From Mytilus californianus (taxonomy: Eukaryota), in contig NW_026262674.1 of the NCBI RefSeq assembly GCF_021869535.1, positions 4,154,001-4,218,000 of the forward strand: a stretch of DNA of 64,000 bases, written 5' to 3'. Shown here one piece after another: positions 1-13,600 of this stretch; within the stretch, counting starts at the first letter, position 1, and every line of letters starts with the position of its first letter. The translations under genes and the position numbers were made by a program. A model generated the notes under the pieces. The model ran no database searches. It was not told the DNA's origin and saw nothing but the letters and a program-made list of their open reading frames with translations.

Positions 1-75
1 CAAATATCCAAGAAAATGCAAGTTTTCCTCAATCCACAAAAATTGGTACCCACGAAAATAAATGAATCCACAGTA
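1..75. mobile_element. Right end of TA-flanked MITE family B
   Basis: Ends ..aatgaatccacagta, the same terminus as the full copy at 3372-3582. Confidence 0.75.
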
Positions 76-519
76 AGATGCTCTAAGTTTGGACCTTTGT
101 GTCCTTTGTAATTTATGTTAGTGGTACTTATTTTGTGCTTTGTGCCATGTCCAACTAATTTTTACAGTTTATTTACATGTTATGCTGTTACACCACTGTC
201 CCAAGTAAGGGGAGTTTAACTCTGCCACATTCCTAATGTGCCTGTCCCAAGTTGGGTACTTCATTTCTGGTTTGAACATCACATTTCAGAATAATCAAAA
301 TATAATCTTGAAATTAAGTATTTTCTAACTTACTTATCTTAACCAAACATTCATGTTTCATAATTTGATCACATCTGTCAATTCAGGTACACAGCTGTGT
401 AGGTCAAATTAGTTTTTCAATTAAATTCTGTACAATATTGTCCATGATTTAAAAATTCAGGTAAAATAATATAATTAACAAAAAATTGAATGACAATATT
501 AATGATAGACATGACTTTT

Positions 520-708
520 TCTCTCTCCTGACAACAAGGCAATACAGTCATAAGTTACTGAGATTTCTCTCTCCCGACAACAAGGCAATAACAGTCATAA
601 GTTACTGAGATTTCTCTCTCCCGACAACAAGGCAAAAACAGTCATAAGTTACTGAGATTTCTCTCTCCCGACAACAAGGCAATAACAGTCATAATTTACT
701 GAGATTTC
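520..708. repeat. Intronic minisatellite, ~47-bp unit x4
   Basis: Unit ctctctcccgacaacaaggcaataacagtcataagttactgagattt repeated four times. Confidence 0.9.
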
Positions 709-1073
709 ACATGCAGTTTTCTTCTCTCTTTCTTTTTAACTGAGTTTTTATATACAATATATTTTCAATTTAAGGAATAACTACGTCTTTGTTTTGACCA
801 TCTTTAAATACAGCATCACTGTTATTCCTATTCACTGCTATGCTCTTAAATTTCAAACTAAAACATTTGAAATATCGTGGAAACATGGACTGAGATTATG
901 CTATATTGTTGCCAATGACTCTGATCCTCAATCATGGAATTGACAGCAGAAGTCAAACAAAAACAAATGATGTTGCATGTCACATCGTAAAAATCAGTAG
1001 GTTTTATAAACATAACAGACATATTTTAATTTTACTGGCTGGGAACTATACAATGGTGTATTTATTTACCTTA

Positions 1074-1440
1074 GGCCAATTAAAATTAATTGATAGATTT
1101 TCATCCCCGCCCGCCCCTCTGAAATTGTTCCGCCCCAATTTTTTTTATTTTGAAAAATTTACGATTTCCGGATTTTGTTCATTTTCGTTACCGGTAACTG
1201 TCGATAATTTCGTTTTATTAATAACATCCTGTTTCAAATTTTGGTTTTTGCATTTCTTTGTATGTTTGATTCGTTATACATGTATATACATGATAGAACC
1301 TTATTATTACACTTGCATATATGAAGAACACGTCACAAGAGCGTTTCATATCTAATAAAAAATAAAAAATAAAATCCTCCCACCCACCCCATTTTTTTCA
1401 AAAATTTGGATGAAAATCTACTAATTAAATTTACTTGGCC
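1074..1440. mobile_element. PIF/Harbinger (Tourist)-like MITE
   Basis: TIR GGCCAATTAAAATTAATTGATAGATTTTCATCC / GGATGAAAATCTACTAATTAAATTTACTTGGCC, flanked by TTA on both sides. Confidence 0.75.
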
Positions 1441-1637
1441 TTACAAGAAAAATTCTCTATTTAGTTTTTTAGTTTTTAATACAGTTGTCACCCTATTATG
1501 TTGTTTCATTTCTAGGCAATTATTTCTTTTAACTGAACCCTTCAACTAAGCCTGACCCTATTATTGGACCCCATATTCTGTAACGTAAACTTAGCCGATT
1601 GATATGTACCAATATATAATGATAAAGATAGCCTTAC

Positions 1638-4600
1638 CTACGGGTTTTATATGGGCCAGATGGCACTCTATAGCTTGGAATGGCAATGCCTCAAATTCAG
1701 ATCTGAAAGAACAAAAATATTATAATCTTGTTGTATCTGCGCTAAATTACTGATGATGACCAAAGCAAGTAACAACGATCAATATCAACTCACTGAACAA
1801 AGGGAGATAATCACTATAATAATTTTTATACATTCTTCGTTTTTATTCAATGTTTCGATGAACTGAGTCCACAGATAAATATGTCATTAAGGATGTTTGC
1901 TACTCTGTTTCAAAATAACAAGCTTTTTAAAAGACTGTTATCAATTGATAGTATATAAATAAAGGGACTAAAAAAGCAGAAAAAAATGAAGGGTCCGTGT
2001 GCTTTTTTTCGAGATATAAGCCATTGAAAATTTGGCGGGAAATGATTCTCTCTAGATTTTTCATACTTTTAACATTGGCCGCTTTTTTGTTTCAAAAACT
2101 ATGAAAAAATAACAAAGATTTTATAAGATTTTCAAATATGGCTTTTTAAACTATATGTAATAAAATTATGAAAAGAAAAGTAGGGGTTAGCAGGCAAAAT
2201 TTTGTAATGGCAATACATGGATAAAACCAGAGGATTCCGAAAATCTGGCAAAAATTCAAAAACAACAGGAGCAAACATCCTTAAGTTGAGGTTACCAAAA
2301 TAGTCTACCTGGTGTTGTAAATTAAATTTGCTTCATAAATTTTTTAAAATGAAGAAAGTTGACAGGCAGGCTCATTGGACACTTTTTTTTAACTGCATAC
2401 TCTGAATATGATTGTGGCTTAGATTTGTTCCAATTAACAAAGTAATTGCAGAGGATAAAATTATTGAAAGAGTTAACCGACAATGGATGATTAACAAAAA
2501 GACTCCAAGTGATTGCAAGGACAGTTCTTAACGAATTTGAATGAGTTCTGTCACATGACATGACATTATGAAGGCAAAAGCAATGTAATAACATACACAT
2601 GGATAGATAATTTAATTTTGGATGTAACGCGTCTACTGATTGGCTGACATTGTTTTGTTTATCAGCTCATAGACATAATTTTGTCATGTGACCGTGACGT
2701 CATCAACGTTTTTTCATGGTTTACCCCAGTTTAAAATGAAATTTAGAATTAAATTATAAGAAATGACTGTAATATTTTTTCTGTCTATTCGAAATAACAT
2801 AAAAAATGTGGTGCACACTTTAGAATAACCTGCGTATTCCTTAAATAACTGTTGAAGAAAATTCAAAACACATTACACACCACAATTCAGGTATAAGAAT
2901 CTGAACACAGTTATCGCCCTTTGATTTTTGATGTCTAAAAACATAGTTCCTAGTGTGGACAGTGTATAACTTGCCAATTTTTTTCATACACCTTCCAAAT
3001 TTATTTCTTTATATTTTATGATTAAATTAATAAGAAGAAGATAAAATTACATGTGAAATGAATTTTTAGATAAAGGAGCAATTTGGTCCAGTTGAAAAAC
3101 GTAAAAAAATAGTTTGTTTGAAGCTGTCAATCTGAATTACAGACCCCCTTAACACTGAGTTAGAGCTGACAGAGTTTCTATAATTTTAATATAATTTGTC
3201 CCAAAAGTAGTACACTACACTAAAAATTGTTTTGAGATAGAGCAGGTGAGATTTTTTAATTTGCATTTATACTCAAAAAAGAAATGCACTATGAAATAAC
3301 TGCGTTCTCGGGCCATAAGAGGTATAACTGTTTTGAGTATATGTAATATTTATCGATATGAGTATTTTAGATACTGTGGATTCATTTATTTTCGTGGTTA
3401 CCAATTTTCGTGGATTGAAGAAAACTTGCATATTCGTGGATATTTAATTTCGTGGTTTTGACAAAATCTGCATATATTCCTTTAGAAATTAGTAAATCGT
3501 TGAACATTTAAATTCGTGGTTCCCCTGTACCCACGAAATCCACGAAAATTGATATTCAACGAATATTAATGAATCCACAGTAAGCTGTTTCAATGGTTAA
3601 AAAAATAAATTTTGAATCACAAAGGTAGTGAAAGCTTTTTACCTCATTCTTCGAACCTTGTTACAGGGGAGATAACCACTGTCTCCATAATCAACATACA
3701 ACAGATCTAAAGTGTCGCCCTCTACTCCCATCACCTTTGCTCTGTACCAAGAAGTATCGTTTTCAAATGGTGCAGCGACCAGATCTCCTGCTACTAGATT
3801 TGATACATTGTAACCCTGGAAAACAAATGCTATTAAACATTGTTACCCTGGAAGATAAATGCTATTAAAAATATTACATTGTTAGAACAAGAAATAAAGA
3901 CCCACTCAACCCTTGCTTACTTAATTATGGGTTAATAATTACATTACATGTATGTTTCATTAGAATCCGTAATTTTGAATGGCTGATGACAATCGTGAGG
4001 CACTCCAATATTAAATTTTATTTCTGTATGAAATACAACAGCTATGATGACTCCACATGCTATTCATGACAAAGTTAAAATATTGCATTGAAAAACAAGA
4101 GAAAAGCTTGATATAACTCTTAATTTCATGGTTGTAGCCTAAAAATGTAATTATAAGAATTAAATGCTTCTTTTTATAATTTTAAAGGGTTGTAAGAGCG
4201 TTGATCGTGCTCATATTTTTAATATATAGGGCTTCCGGGCAAGGGTCCGAAAACGGTCATATTTGCAGGTCATGACCTAAACTGAAAGCTATTTGTCTTA
4301 AACGAAAAATTGGGATTTAGGACAAATTTTATTTTTTTACAAAAATAATTTCGGTCATTTCATTGAGATCGTGTTTCTTAATCGCCATTTTGCACTTGTT
4401 TTTGTTTTAATCCCTTTCCTGTAATAAAACTGCCACTCCAGTATAGTTTGATAATCCTGAGGGCCCTCCTAATAACTATATTAATGCCTCTGGGAAATAT
4501 TGGCTAATGATCGCTAATCACTTTTTACCTGTGTTTTTTAATTCACACCTGACATTGATCACAAGCTCAGAACTAATATTATAAAGAAATTAAAATTCCA

Positions 4601-7600
4601 TGACAACCTTATTTATTATTTTATTACTTTTCCGCAAAGCCAATCATCAATTCTGATTTAAAAATTAAAACTTAATTCAATTTACGTAGAAAAAAGTATT
4701 TTTTTCACGAGTGACACATGTGCTTTATTTACTATGTAATAAGCATGCGTGAAATTGCCTTCAGCAGATTAGACATTTAAGTGTAAAATGCAAAACGATT
4801 TCATGCTAAATTAAACGAGTGCAATTATTATCTGTTATATTCAAACACTTTTAAAGGTAATAAAATAAAAAAGCCGGTGACATCCTGTCAATTTGATAAA
4901 CAAAACGAATCCCGGAAATGAATCCGGAATAACTCGTACATTAGTATTGTCGCAAAACGTCCGGTTTAAATTTCGTTCTCAAATTCGAAAGAAACATTAG
5001 CAATGTCTGAGAAATTAACCATTTTAAGTCATTAAAATCATTTCAATGTTAAACTGTTGCCTTCCCTAAACTGTTCTTGAACGTTTTTAGAAAATTGGTA
5101 AGAAAATGCACAAAGTAAATGCAATGAAACAGTCAATACAAGTTCGTTGATGCTATGAATCTTGTGTGATATCGACAATTTGAAAAAAGGGCACCAACAT
5201 TTAAGTCATCTCAAAATGACTGAAATTGTTGGAAAAAATTTTCAGATCCTTGCTTCCGGGCTTCATACAACATAGGCTTTGACATTCAACTCTTTTTGCA
5301 CTAATTACCAATTATGAAAAGAAGCATTCAATTCTTAATTAGAGTTCCCTTTAGTGGATACCGATGGTATGCATGGTTGTCAAAAGAAATTTAAATATTG
5401 CTAAATTGACAACACTCAGGTTAACTGCAACTTTTATTGGTTGACATGCTTCCCTGATTAGATAGGGGTTTTTAGGATAAGGTATACAGATATTAGAAAC
5501 CATGAGGTAAATTAAGCAGTATTGTCAAAACAAGAAAAGTAATCACCATATATTAATTATAGAGGAAGATAGCGGAGGTATAAAATGTTGTAATTCTATC
5601 CACTAGGTTAAATAATTCTACTGACATAGAAAATAGAGACTGACCAAATAACAATCCTGTACAAACCTGTGACATTTCTGTGGTATAAAATGAAGTGATT
5701 CTATCCACTAGGTTAAATAATTCTACTGACATAGAAAATAGAGACTGACCAAATAAGTCCTGTACAAACCTGTAACATTTCTGTGGTATAAAATGAAGTG
5801 ATTCTATCCACTAGGTTATCTAGTTCCACTGACATAGACGATAGAATCTGGACCCAGAACAGTCCTGGGTTAGCCACAGCTGACACATAAACTTCAATAT
5901 AATCCCTGCCTTCAGGCCACCCTCTTACTGCTGGATGGACCTGTTGGGATTCAGTGGACTCTGGTCCTCCATTAGCTTGATCTGTAAATAGAAAGGCATA
6001 AGTTAGCCTTATTTATTAAAACTTTAAATTTTACTGATTCAAAGTGTTAAAATCAGTTCTTATGTTCTAATTTTTAACACATATCTATACAGCTACTGTA
6101 AATTCAGAAGTTATTGCACGTTTTTGTTAATTGCGATATTGGTTTTTCTCATTGTTGAAGGCCATAGGGTTGCCTATAATTGCTTCCATACACTTTGTTT
6201 AAACTTTGATGGATAGCTATCTCATTGGCAATCATACCACATCTCCTTATTTTTATATACAAGGTAAAAGATGTTAACATGAGTAGACATGGGTGAACCC
6301 AAACAAGATGCTCATGAGAGCCTGATATCGCTCTCCTGTAATTTCAGTTTCAGGCATTTGACTTATTTGTAGATCTTACTTTGCTGAACAGTTTTGTCAT
6401 TTACACTTTCTCTCTTTCTACAATAATATTAAAGATGATACATAACCCAAAACTGTAAAATTTCCTAAAAATTAACTATTTCTGGACAGTAACCCAACAA
6501 TAAGTTGTCTTATTGGTCTAAAGATTACTTGACAGGTAGATCTAAACCTGTTTAACACTTTCACCTATGTCAGTTTTGCTCTTACTGCTTTAGTTTTTGA
6601 GATGAAAGCCAAAAACTTCATTTGACCCCTATGTTCTATTTTAAGAAACTGCCGCCATGTTTTTGAATGGATCAAATCCCTGAATACAATTTATAAACTA
6701 GATACCATAAGGAACATTCAATAAAAGTTTTTAAGTATTTGGCCAAGTAGTTTCAGAGAAGAAGATTTTTGAAAAAGTAATTAGACTCTTACAAAAAATG
6801 TTAAAAAAAAAAGTTTTAAGGGCAATAACTCCTTAAGGGGTCAATTGACTATTTTGATCATGTTGACTTATTTGTAGATCTTACTTAGCTGAACATTTAT
6901 TGCCATTTATACTTTCTCTCTATCTTTTATAATATTAAAGAAAATAACCTTTAACAGTAAAATTTAATAACAATAAACTATTTCCAACAGTAACCCAACA
7001 ATGGGTTGTCGAACTTGTCAGAAAATTTCATAACAGATTGATCATGACCCATTTATCACTTAAACTCCTTTCACTTTTGCTCTAACTGCTGTAGTTTTTG
7101 AGAAATAAGCCAAAAACTGCTTTTGTCCCCTATGTTCTATTTTTAGACATGGCAGCCATGTTTGTTGATGGACCAAAACTTCCGATACATTTATAAACCA
7201 GTTACTCTAAGGAACATTCAGTTAAAGTTTAGAAGTATTAGGCCCAGTAGTTTCAGAGAGGATTTTTAAATGTTAGCAAACATAATAACAAATTGTGTAA
7301 AATTGTCTTGAAAAGGCAATAACTCCTCAAGGGGTCAATTGACAATTTTGATCGCATTAACTTTTTTCTAGATCATACTTTGCTGAACATTTTTGCAGTT
7401 TACAGTTTATCTTTATCTTCAATAATATTCAAGATAATAACCAATAAAATGCTCCGCAGGGCGCAGCTTGATACGACCGCAGAGGTCGAACCCTGAACAG
7501 TTGGGGCAAGTATGGACACAACATTCAAGCTTGATACAGCTCTGAATTTGGATAGTGATTAAATATTTGACACAGCATAGGTTTCTGACACAGAATGAAT

Positions 7601-10600
7601 GTGGTCTAAGAACTTAAAAATTTTAAATTGGACATTCACCTATTATGGTCCAATATCCAAAATCTAAATACATGGTTAGATTCAGCATATCAAAGAACCC
7701 CAAGAATTCAATTTTTGATGAAATCAAACAAAGTTTAATTTTGGACCCTTTTGATCTCAATGTGGACAAAGTTGATAACAGGGCCCAAAAATCAAAAATC
7801 TAAATACATGGTTAGATTCAGCATATCAAAGAACCCCATATATTCAATTTTTGTTGAAATCAAACAAAGTTTAATTTTTTAAACCCCGATTTGGACCAAC
7901 TTGAAAACTGGGCCCATAATCAAAAATCTAAACACATGTTTAGATTCAGCATATCAAAGAACCCTAAAAATTCAATTTTTGTTAAAATCAAACTAAGTTT
8001 AATTTTGGACCCTTTGGACCTTTATGTAGACCAATTTGAAAACGGAACCAAAAATTAAGAATCTAAATACACGGTTAGATTCGGCATATCAAAGAACCCC
8101 AATAATTCAATTTTTGATGAAATCAAACAAAGTTAAATTTTGGACCCTTTGGACCTCAATGTGGACCAATTTAAAAACGGGGCCCAAAATCCAAAAACTT
8201 AATACACGGTTAGATTCAGCATATGAAAGAACCCCATAAATTCAATTTTTTTATTGAAATCAAACAAAGTTTAATTTTGGACTCCGATTTGGACCAACTT
8301 GAAAACTGGGCCCATAATCAAAAATCTAAATACATGGTTAGATTCAGCATATCAAAGAACTACATATATTCAATTTTTGTTGAAATCAAACAAAGTTAAA
8401 TTTTGGACCCCGATTTGGACCAACTTGAAAACTGGGCCCATAATCAAAAATCTAAATGCATGGTTAGATTCAGCATATCAAAGAACCCCATATATTCAAT
8501 TTTTGTTGAAATCAAACAAAGTTTAATTTTGGACCCTGTGGACTTTTATGTAGACCAATTTGAAAACGGAACCAAAAATTAAGAATCTAAATACACGGTT
8601 AGATTCGGCATATCAAAGAACCCCAATAATTCAATTTTTGATGAAATCAAACAAAGTTAAATTTTGGACCCTTTGGACCTCAATGTGGACCAATTTAAAA
8701 ACGGTGCCCAAAATCCAAAAACTTAATACATGATAGATTCAGCATATTAAAGAACCCCAAGAATTCAAGAATAAAACCCCATTGAAATAGATCAAGAAAT
8801 AAGCAACTTATACAAAGTATATTCTTTTGCACAATACTGTGCAATTGAATATTTCTTGCTATTGCGCAATACTGTACAATTGACAATTTCTTGCTATTGC
8901 GCAATATTGTGCTATTGGATATTTCTTGCTATTGCGCAATACTGTGCAATTGAAGATTTCTTGCTATTGCGCAATACTGTGCAATTGAAGATTTCTTGCT
9001 ATGGTGCAATACTGTGCAATTGAAAATTTCTTGCTATTGCACAATACTTATTGTATAATAATTTACACATCCTGTTTGGTGTGTATCTCCTTCCATATCA
9101 TTATTATTTGCTTTTAAATATAAATCAGAAATAACCAACTTAAAATGGAAAATTTTAAAAGAAAAAAAAAGGAAAAAAAGAAAAAAAAAGAAAAAAAAAA
9201 AAATCCCCCCCCCCCAAATTTTTTGAACCCCCTTATGATTCATCACCCCCAAACTCAATCCCAGCCTTCCCTTTGTGGTATGGTACCTTGCAGTACAATT
9301 TCAGAGAGATCCATACACTTGAACACAAGTTATTGTCTGGAAACTAGAAAAATGCTTATTTTTGGCCCCTTTTTGGCCCCCAATTCCTAAACGTTTCGGG
9401 CAATTACCCCCAAACTCAATTCCAGCTTTCCCTTTGTGATATGGAACCTTGTAGTACAATTTAAGAAATATCCAAACACTTACACACAAGTAATTGTCAT
9501 GAAACTAGAAAAATGCTTGTTTTTTGCCCCTTTTTTGGCCCCTTATTCCTACAATTTTGAGGCAATTACCCCCAAAATCAATTACAGCCTTCCCTATGTG
9601 ATATGGAACCTTGTGGTACAATGTCAGAGAGATCCATACACTTACACACAAGTTATTGTCTGGAAGTTACAAAAATGCTTATTTTTGGCCCCTTTTTGGC
9701 CCCTAATTCCTTAACTGTTGGTACCATAACCCCCAAAATCAATCCCAACCTTCCTTTCGTGGTATTGAACCTTATGGTAAAATTTCATGGAGATCCATTC
9801 ACTTAAACTAAAGTTAGAGTGCGAAAACCAATGTGTCTTCGGACGACGCCGGACGACGCCGGACGACGACGACGACGCCAACGTCATACCAATATACGAC
9901 CAACAATGGCAGCAACCCAACAATGGGTTGTTCGGTTTGTCTGAAAATTTCAGGGCTGATAGATCTTGACCTATAGAACATTTTTATCCCGTCAGATTTA
10001 CTCTAAATGCTTTAGTTTTTGAGATATAAGCCAAAAACTGCATTTGACCCCTATGTTCCATTTTTAGCCATGGCGGCTATGTTTGTTGATGGATCAAAAC
10101 TTCGGATACATTTTATAAACTAGATATCCTAAGGAACATTCAATTAAAGTTTGAAAGTATTTGGCCCAGTAGTTTCAGAGGAGAAGATTCTTGAAATAGT
10201 TTACGACGACGACAACAGGCGATGACAGACGATGGAAGACGCCAAGTGATGGCATAAGCTCACATGAAAGGGCCCAGGTGAGCTAAAAATGGACATCTGG
10301 AAAAAAGATACACCCATAGTAGCTGTAGTGGATTGTTAGTCCTTAAAGGTAGCAAGTACTTCTGTACTGGCACGAAAATACAGGTTTAGATTTATTGAAA
10401 TCTGCTGTCAAAATGTTTTAGAAATCATTTTAAATAAAGTCAATCAGCAATGCAAAGATCATTCTCATCATACAATACTATTTCTGATTGGTCCATCATA
10501 CAAAATATTCCTCTACTTTTTAGTGAATCTACTGAATATAACAATGACTAGTATTACCATGATTACTAGAAGACATGTCTGTTCTTCCTTCAAACTGCTT

Positions 10601-13600
10601 GTCGTGCACATGTTGTTTTGGCTTTTGTCTTTGTTCCCTGTTGGCCTCCATCACAGCTTTCTTTGCTCTGAATAATTCCTCATCATCTATCTTTTCTTGA
10701 ATCATAGACTGGAATATAGAGCTATTGTATTACCATTGTTTACCTCCCTTCATCAGAACATTGACTGATTTTCTAAGAATTTATAAAGTGTAGAATAAAT
10801 CTGGAAAGTTTTATGCATCTTCTTTTTCCTTGCATACTGTTACAAAATGTATATCGTTTCTCTGTTGAATTCATAAACATATTGTCTAGAATAAGGGTAA
10901 TTAAGAGATTGCCATTCAGTTAATAAATTAATTTATAATTTAATATTGTATGCCAATTTAAAATGGTATGGCAAGCTCTATATGTTTAACTAAGTTAACT
11001 TATGTCTACTCCAACATCTCCTTGATAATATTCTAATTGAACTGTAGTACAGCTCTTGTACCAGTAATAGGTCATTATTTTTCTGGATCCCTGTTTCAAC
11101 AACTTTCCTTACCTTAGCCAGCTCTATATTTTCTTTGGTACCAGTAATGGTGACAGTTCTCTCAGATTCTCTATAATCACCAGCTGATCTGTCAACATAA
11201 ACTTTGGCTTTAGAAGTTCGTGACATCTGACGAATAGTCTCCCCATTTCTTCCTGTTAAAAAATTATCACACATTTATTGTTCATTTTTTCTATATTTAA
11301 AATAAATTATTTTCATTCAAGAATTTTTAATATTAAATTTAATACACTGCATCTTTTCTAGAAGATGGATGAGGAATGCTGCATTTATACATTCAAACTC
11401 CTATCAACAGATCCTTTATTTACTCACTCGAGAAATTTCCAAGGGATTACCATTTCTTTTTCTTCAGTAACAATTACTATCAAGTTTTATTTACCAATAA
11501 TTCTGCTAAGACATTTCAGAGGGACGACCATTTCTTCAGTTACAATAACTATCAAGTTTTATATACCTATAATTCTGCCAAGACATTTCCCAGGGACCAC
11601 CATTTCTTCAGTAACAATAACAGGAAGTTCTGCAATAATCTTTCTGATCATATTTTCTGCCATCTGAGCAGCTTCAGGTGTTCCTCTGATAACAACTCCT
11701 CTTTCTTCCTGAGAATCTCTATTGTTATCTGTAAAATTAACTCTTGCTCCAGATTTCTGTTGAATCTAGGAATACAAATTGGCAATTATTTAATTCATAT
11801 ATATATACATGTATATATATATAAGAAGATGCGGTATGAGTGCCAATGAGACAACTCTCTATCCAAGTCACTATTTGTAAAAAGTTAACAATTATGAGTC
11901 AAGGTACGGACTGCAACACGCAGCCTCAGCTCGCACTGAACAGCAAGCTATAAAGGGCCCCAAAATGATAAGTGTAAAACAATTCAAACAGGAAAACCAA
12001 CGGTCTTATCTTTATAATTAACAAGAAACACTTATAAACCACATCAACAAACGACAACCAATGAACAACAGGCTGCTGACTTAGGACATGTGCATAAAAA
12101 TGCAGTGGGTTTAAAAGTTTTAACAGGTGCCATCCATCACCCTAACCTGAGACAGTAGTGTAACAGTGCAATATAAAAAGACACACTATAAAATATAACA
12201 GACATATCAACAAAAGTGCATATATTTGAAAAAGACAGCAACCAACCAAACCACAACAAAAGGCATCCAGAGGTCAACATACCTTTTTAATCGGCAGACC
12301 CTCTTTAACTAAAGAATTTATTATTACAAAATGTATTATCAGCATAATCAGAATCCATTTGCAATTAAATTAGAATCATTAAATGCTAGCATATAAAGTG
12401 ACATATCAATTTGCTCTTAATGAAATCTACATTTTTGTCACTGTTCAACGCCATATGAGTATTAGCAATTTTAATATGAAATATTGAAACCTTGTAAACT
12501 TTAATTGCTTTGTTTATCAGTAAACATTATTTGTTTCTATCAGTACACAAAAAAATATGCAAGCACTATGTATTTTGACATCGTGAATTAATTTGGAATA
12601 GCAAATTACAGCAAAATGAAATACTATTATTTAGGTATAGGGGGAGGGTTGAGATCTCATAAACATGTTTGGCCCCGCCGCGTTTTTGCGCCTGTCCCGA
12701 GTCGGGAGCCTCTAGCCTTTGTTAGTCTTGTATTATTTTTGATTTTAGTTTCTTGTGTACAATTTGGAGTTTAGTATGGCGTTCATTATCACTGAACTAG
12801 TATATATATTTGTTTAGGGGCCAGCTGAAGGACGCCTCCGGGTGCGGGAATTTCTCGCTGCATTGAAGACCTGTTGGTGACCTTCTGCTGTTGTCTGTTC
12901 TATGGTCGGGTTGTTGTCTCTTTGACACATTCCCCATTTCCATTCTCAATTTTATTAAAATCGGAACAAAAAAACACATTTTCTGGTTAATTAGTTAGTT
13001 TAAATAAATAAGGTAATATGAATATATATAATGTTTATAATCTATACCTCTTTAATCATAGCACCCTGTCTGCCAATGACAGCTCCTACAGCTTTTGGTG
13101 GAACTTTTACATCAATAACTGTTTGTCTAGAAGTGGCCATCTTTTGGGAAGTTTCTTCCTCTTCATCGTCTTCTTTAATGAGTTAAAAAAAAAAGTTACT
13201 TTTTGGGTAAAGTACTAAAGAATTCACTAAAAGAATGGGTTATAATTAATACAAAACTTAGAATCACAAGATCCAAAAAAAAAAAGAGGAAAGATGCCAT
13301 GGGGTGAAGATAAACTGTTGACACATACATATGTCTTGCCTGTATATATATAATTTTGATAGGAAAATGTAAATGTTGAAATTATAAATAGCAATACTTT
13401 AACATGCAAATATTAAAAGTTAATGAACCATGACTGAAGGTACAGGGTTAAATAATTTCCATGGAAATCAGATATGCCAATGCAAATACAACAGCATACC
13501 ATATCATTGACTTACCATTAGTGGTCACTCGTAAAATGACCTAATCACAAACTGTAACATGTAAACTATGCAAAACTTTTAAAGTCAATAGACCATGATG

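Noticed and set aside
520-708. Fifth junction duplication? The last minus-strand unit ends TTGTTGTCAG|G while the other three read GTCGG
   Set aside because: The sequence after the AG gives GERKSHVYH* in the required phase and does not resemble the expected TDRKH continuation; treated as a plain minisatellite.
906-1355. 149-aa ORF
   Set aside because: Starts at TTG, runs through a MITE antisense to a TDRKH intron, and has no recognisable domain.
8830-9050. CRISPR-like regular palindromic 35-bp repeats (also the 46-bp array at 29490-30050)
   Set aside because: Head-to-tail with no unique spacers, no cas genes, and a eukaryotic intronic context.
8036-9969. Cluster of repetitive ORFs, mirrored at 40072-42681
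   Set aside because: Translations of satellite units within the HINE element; no transposase or helicase motifs.
11365-11849. Plus-strand ORFs of 100 and 157 aa
   Set aside because: Antisense shadows of the TDRKH KH exon and its 72-bp repeats.
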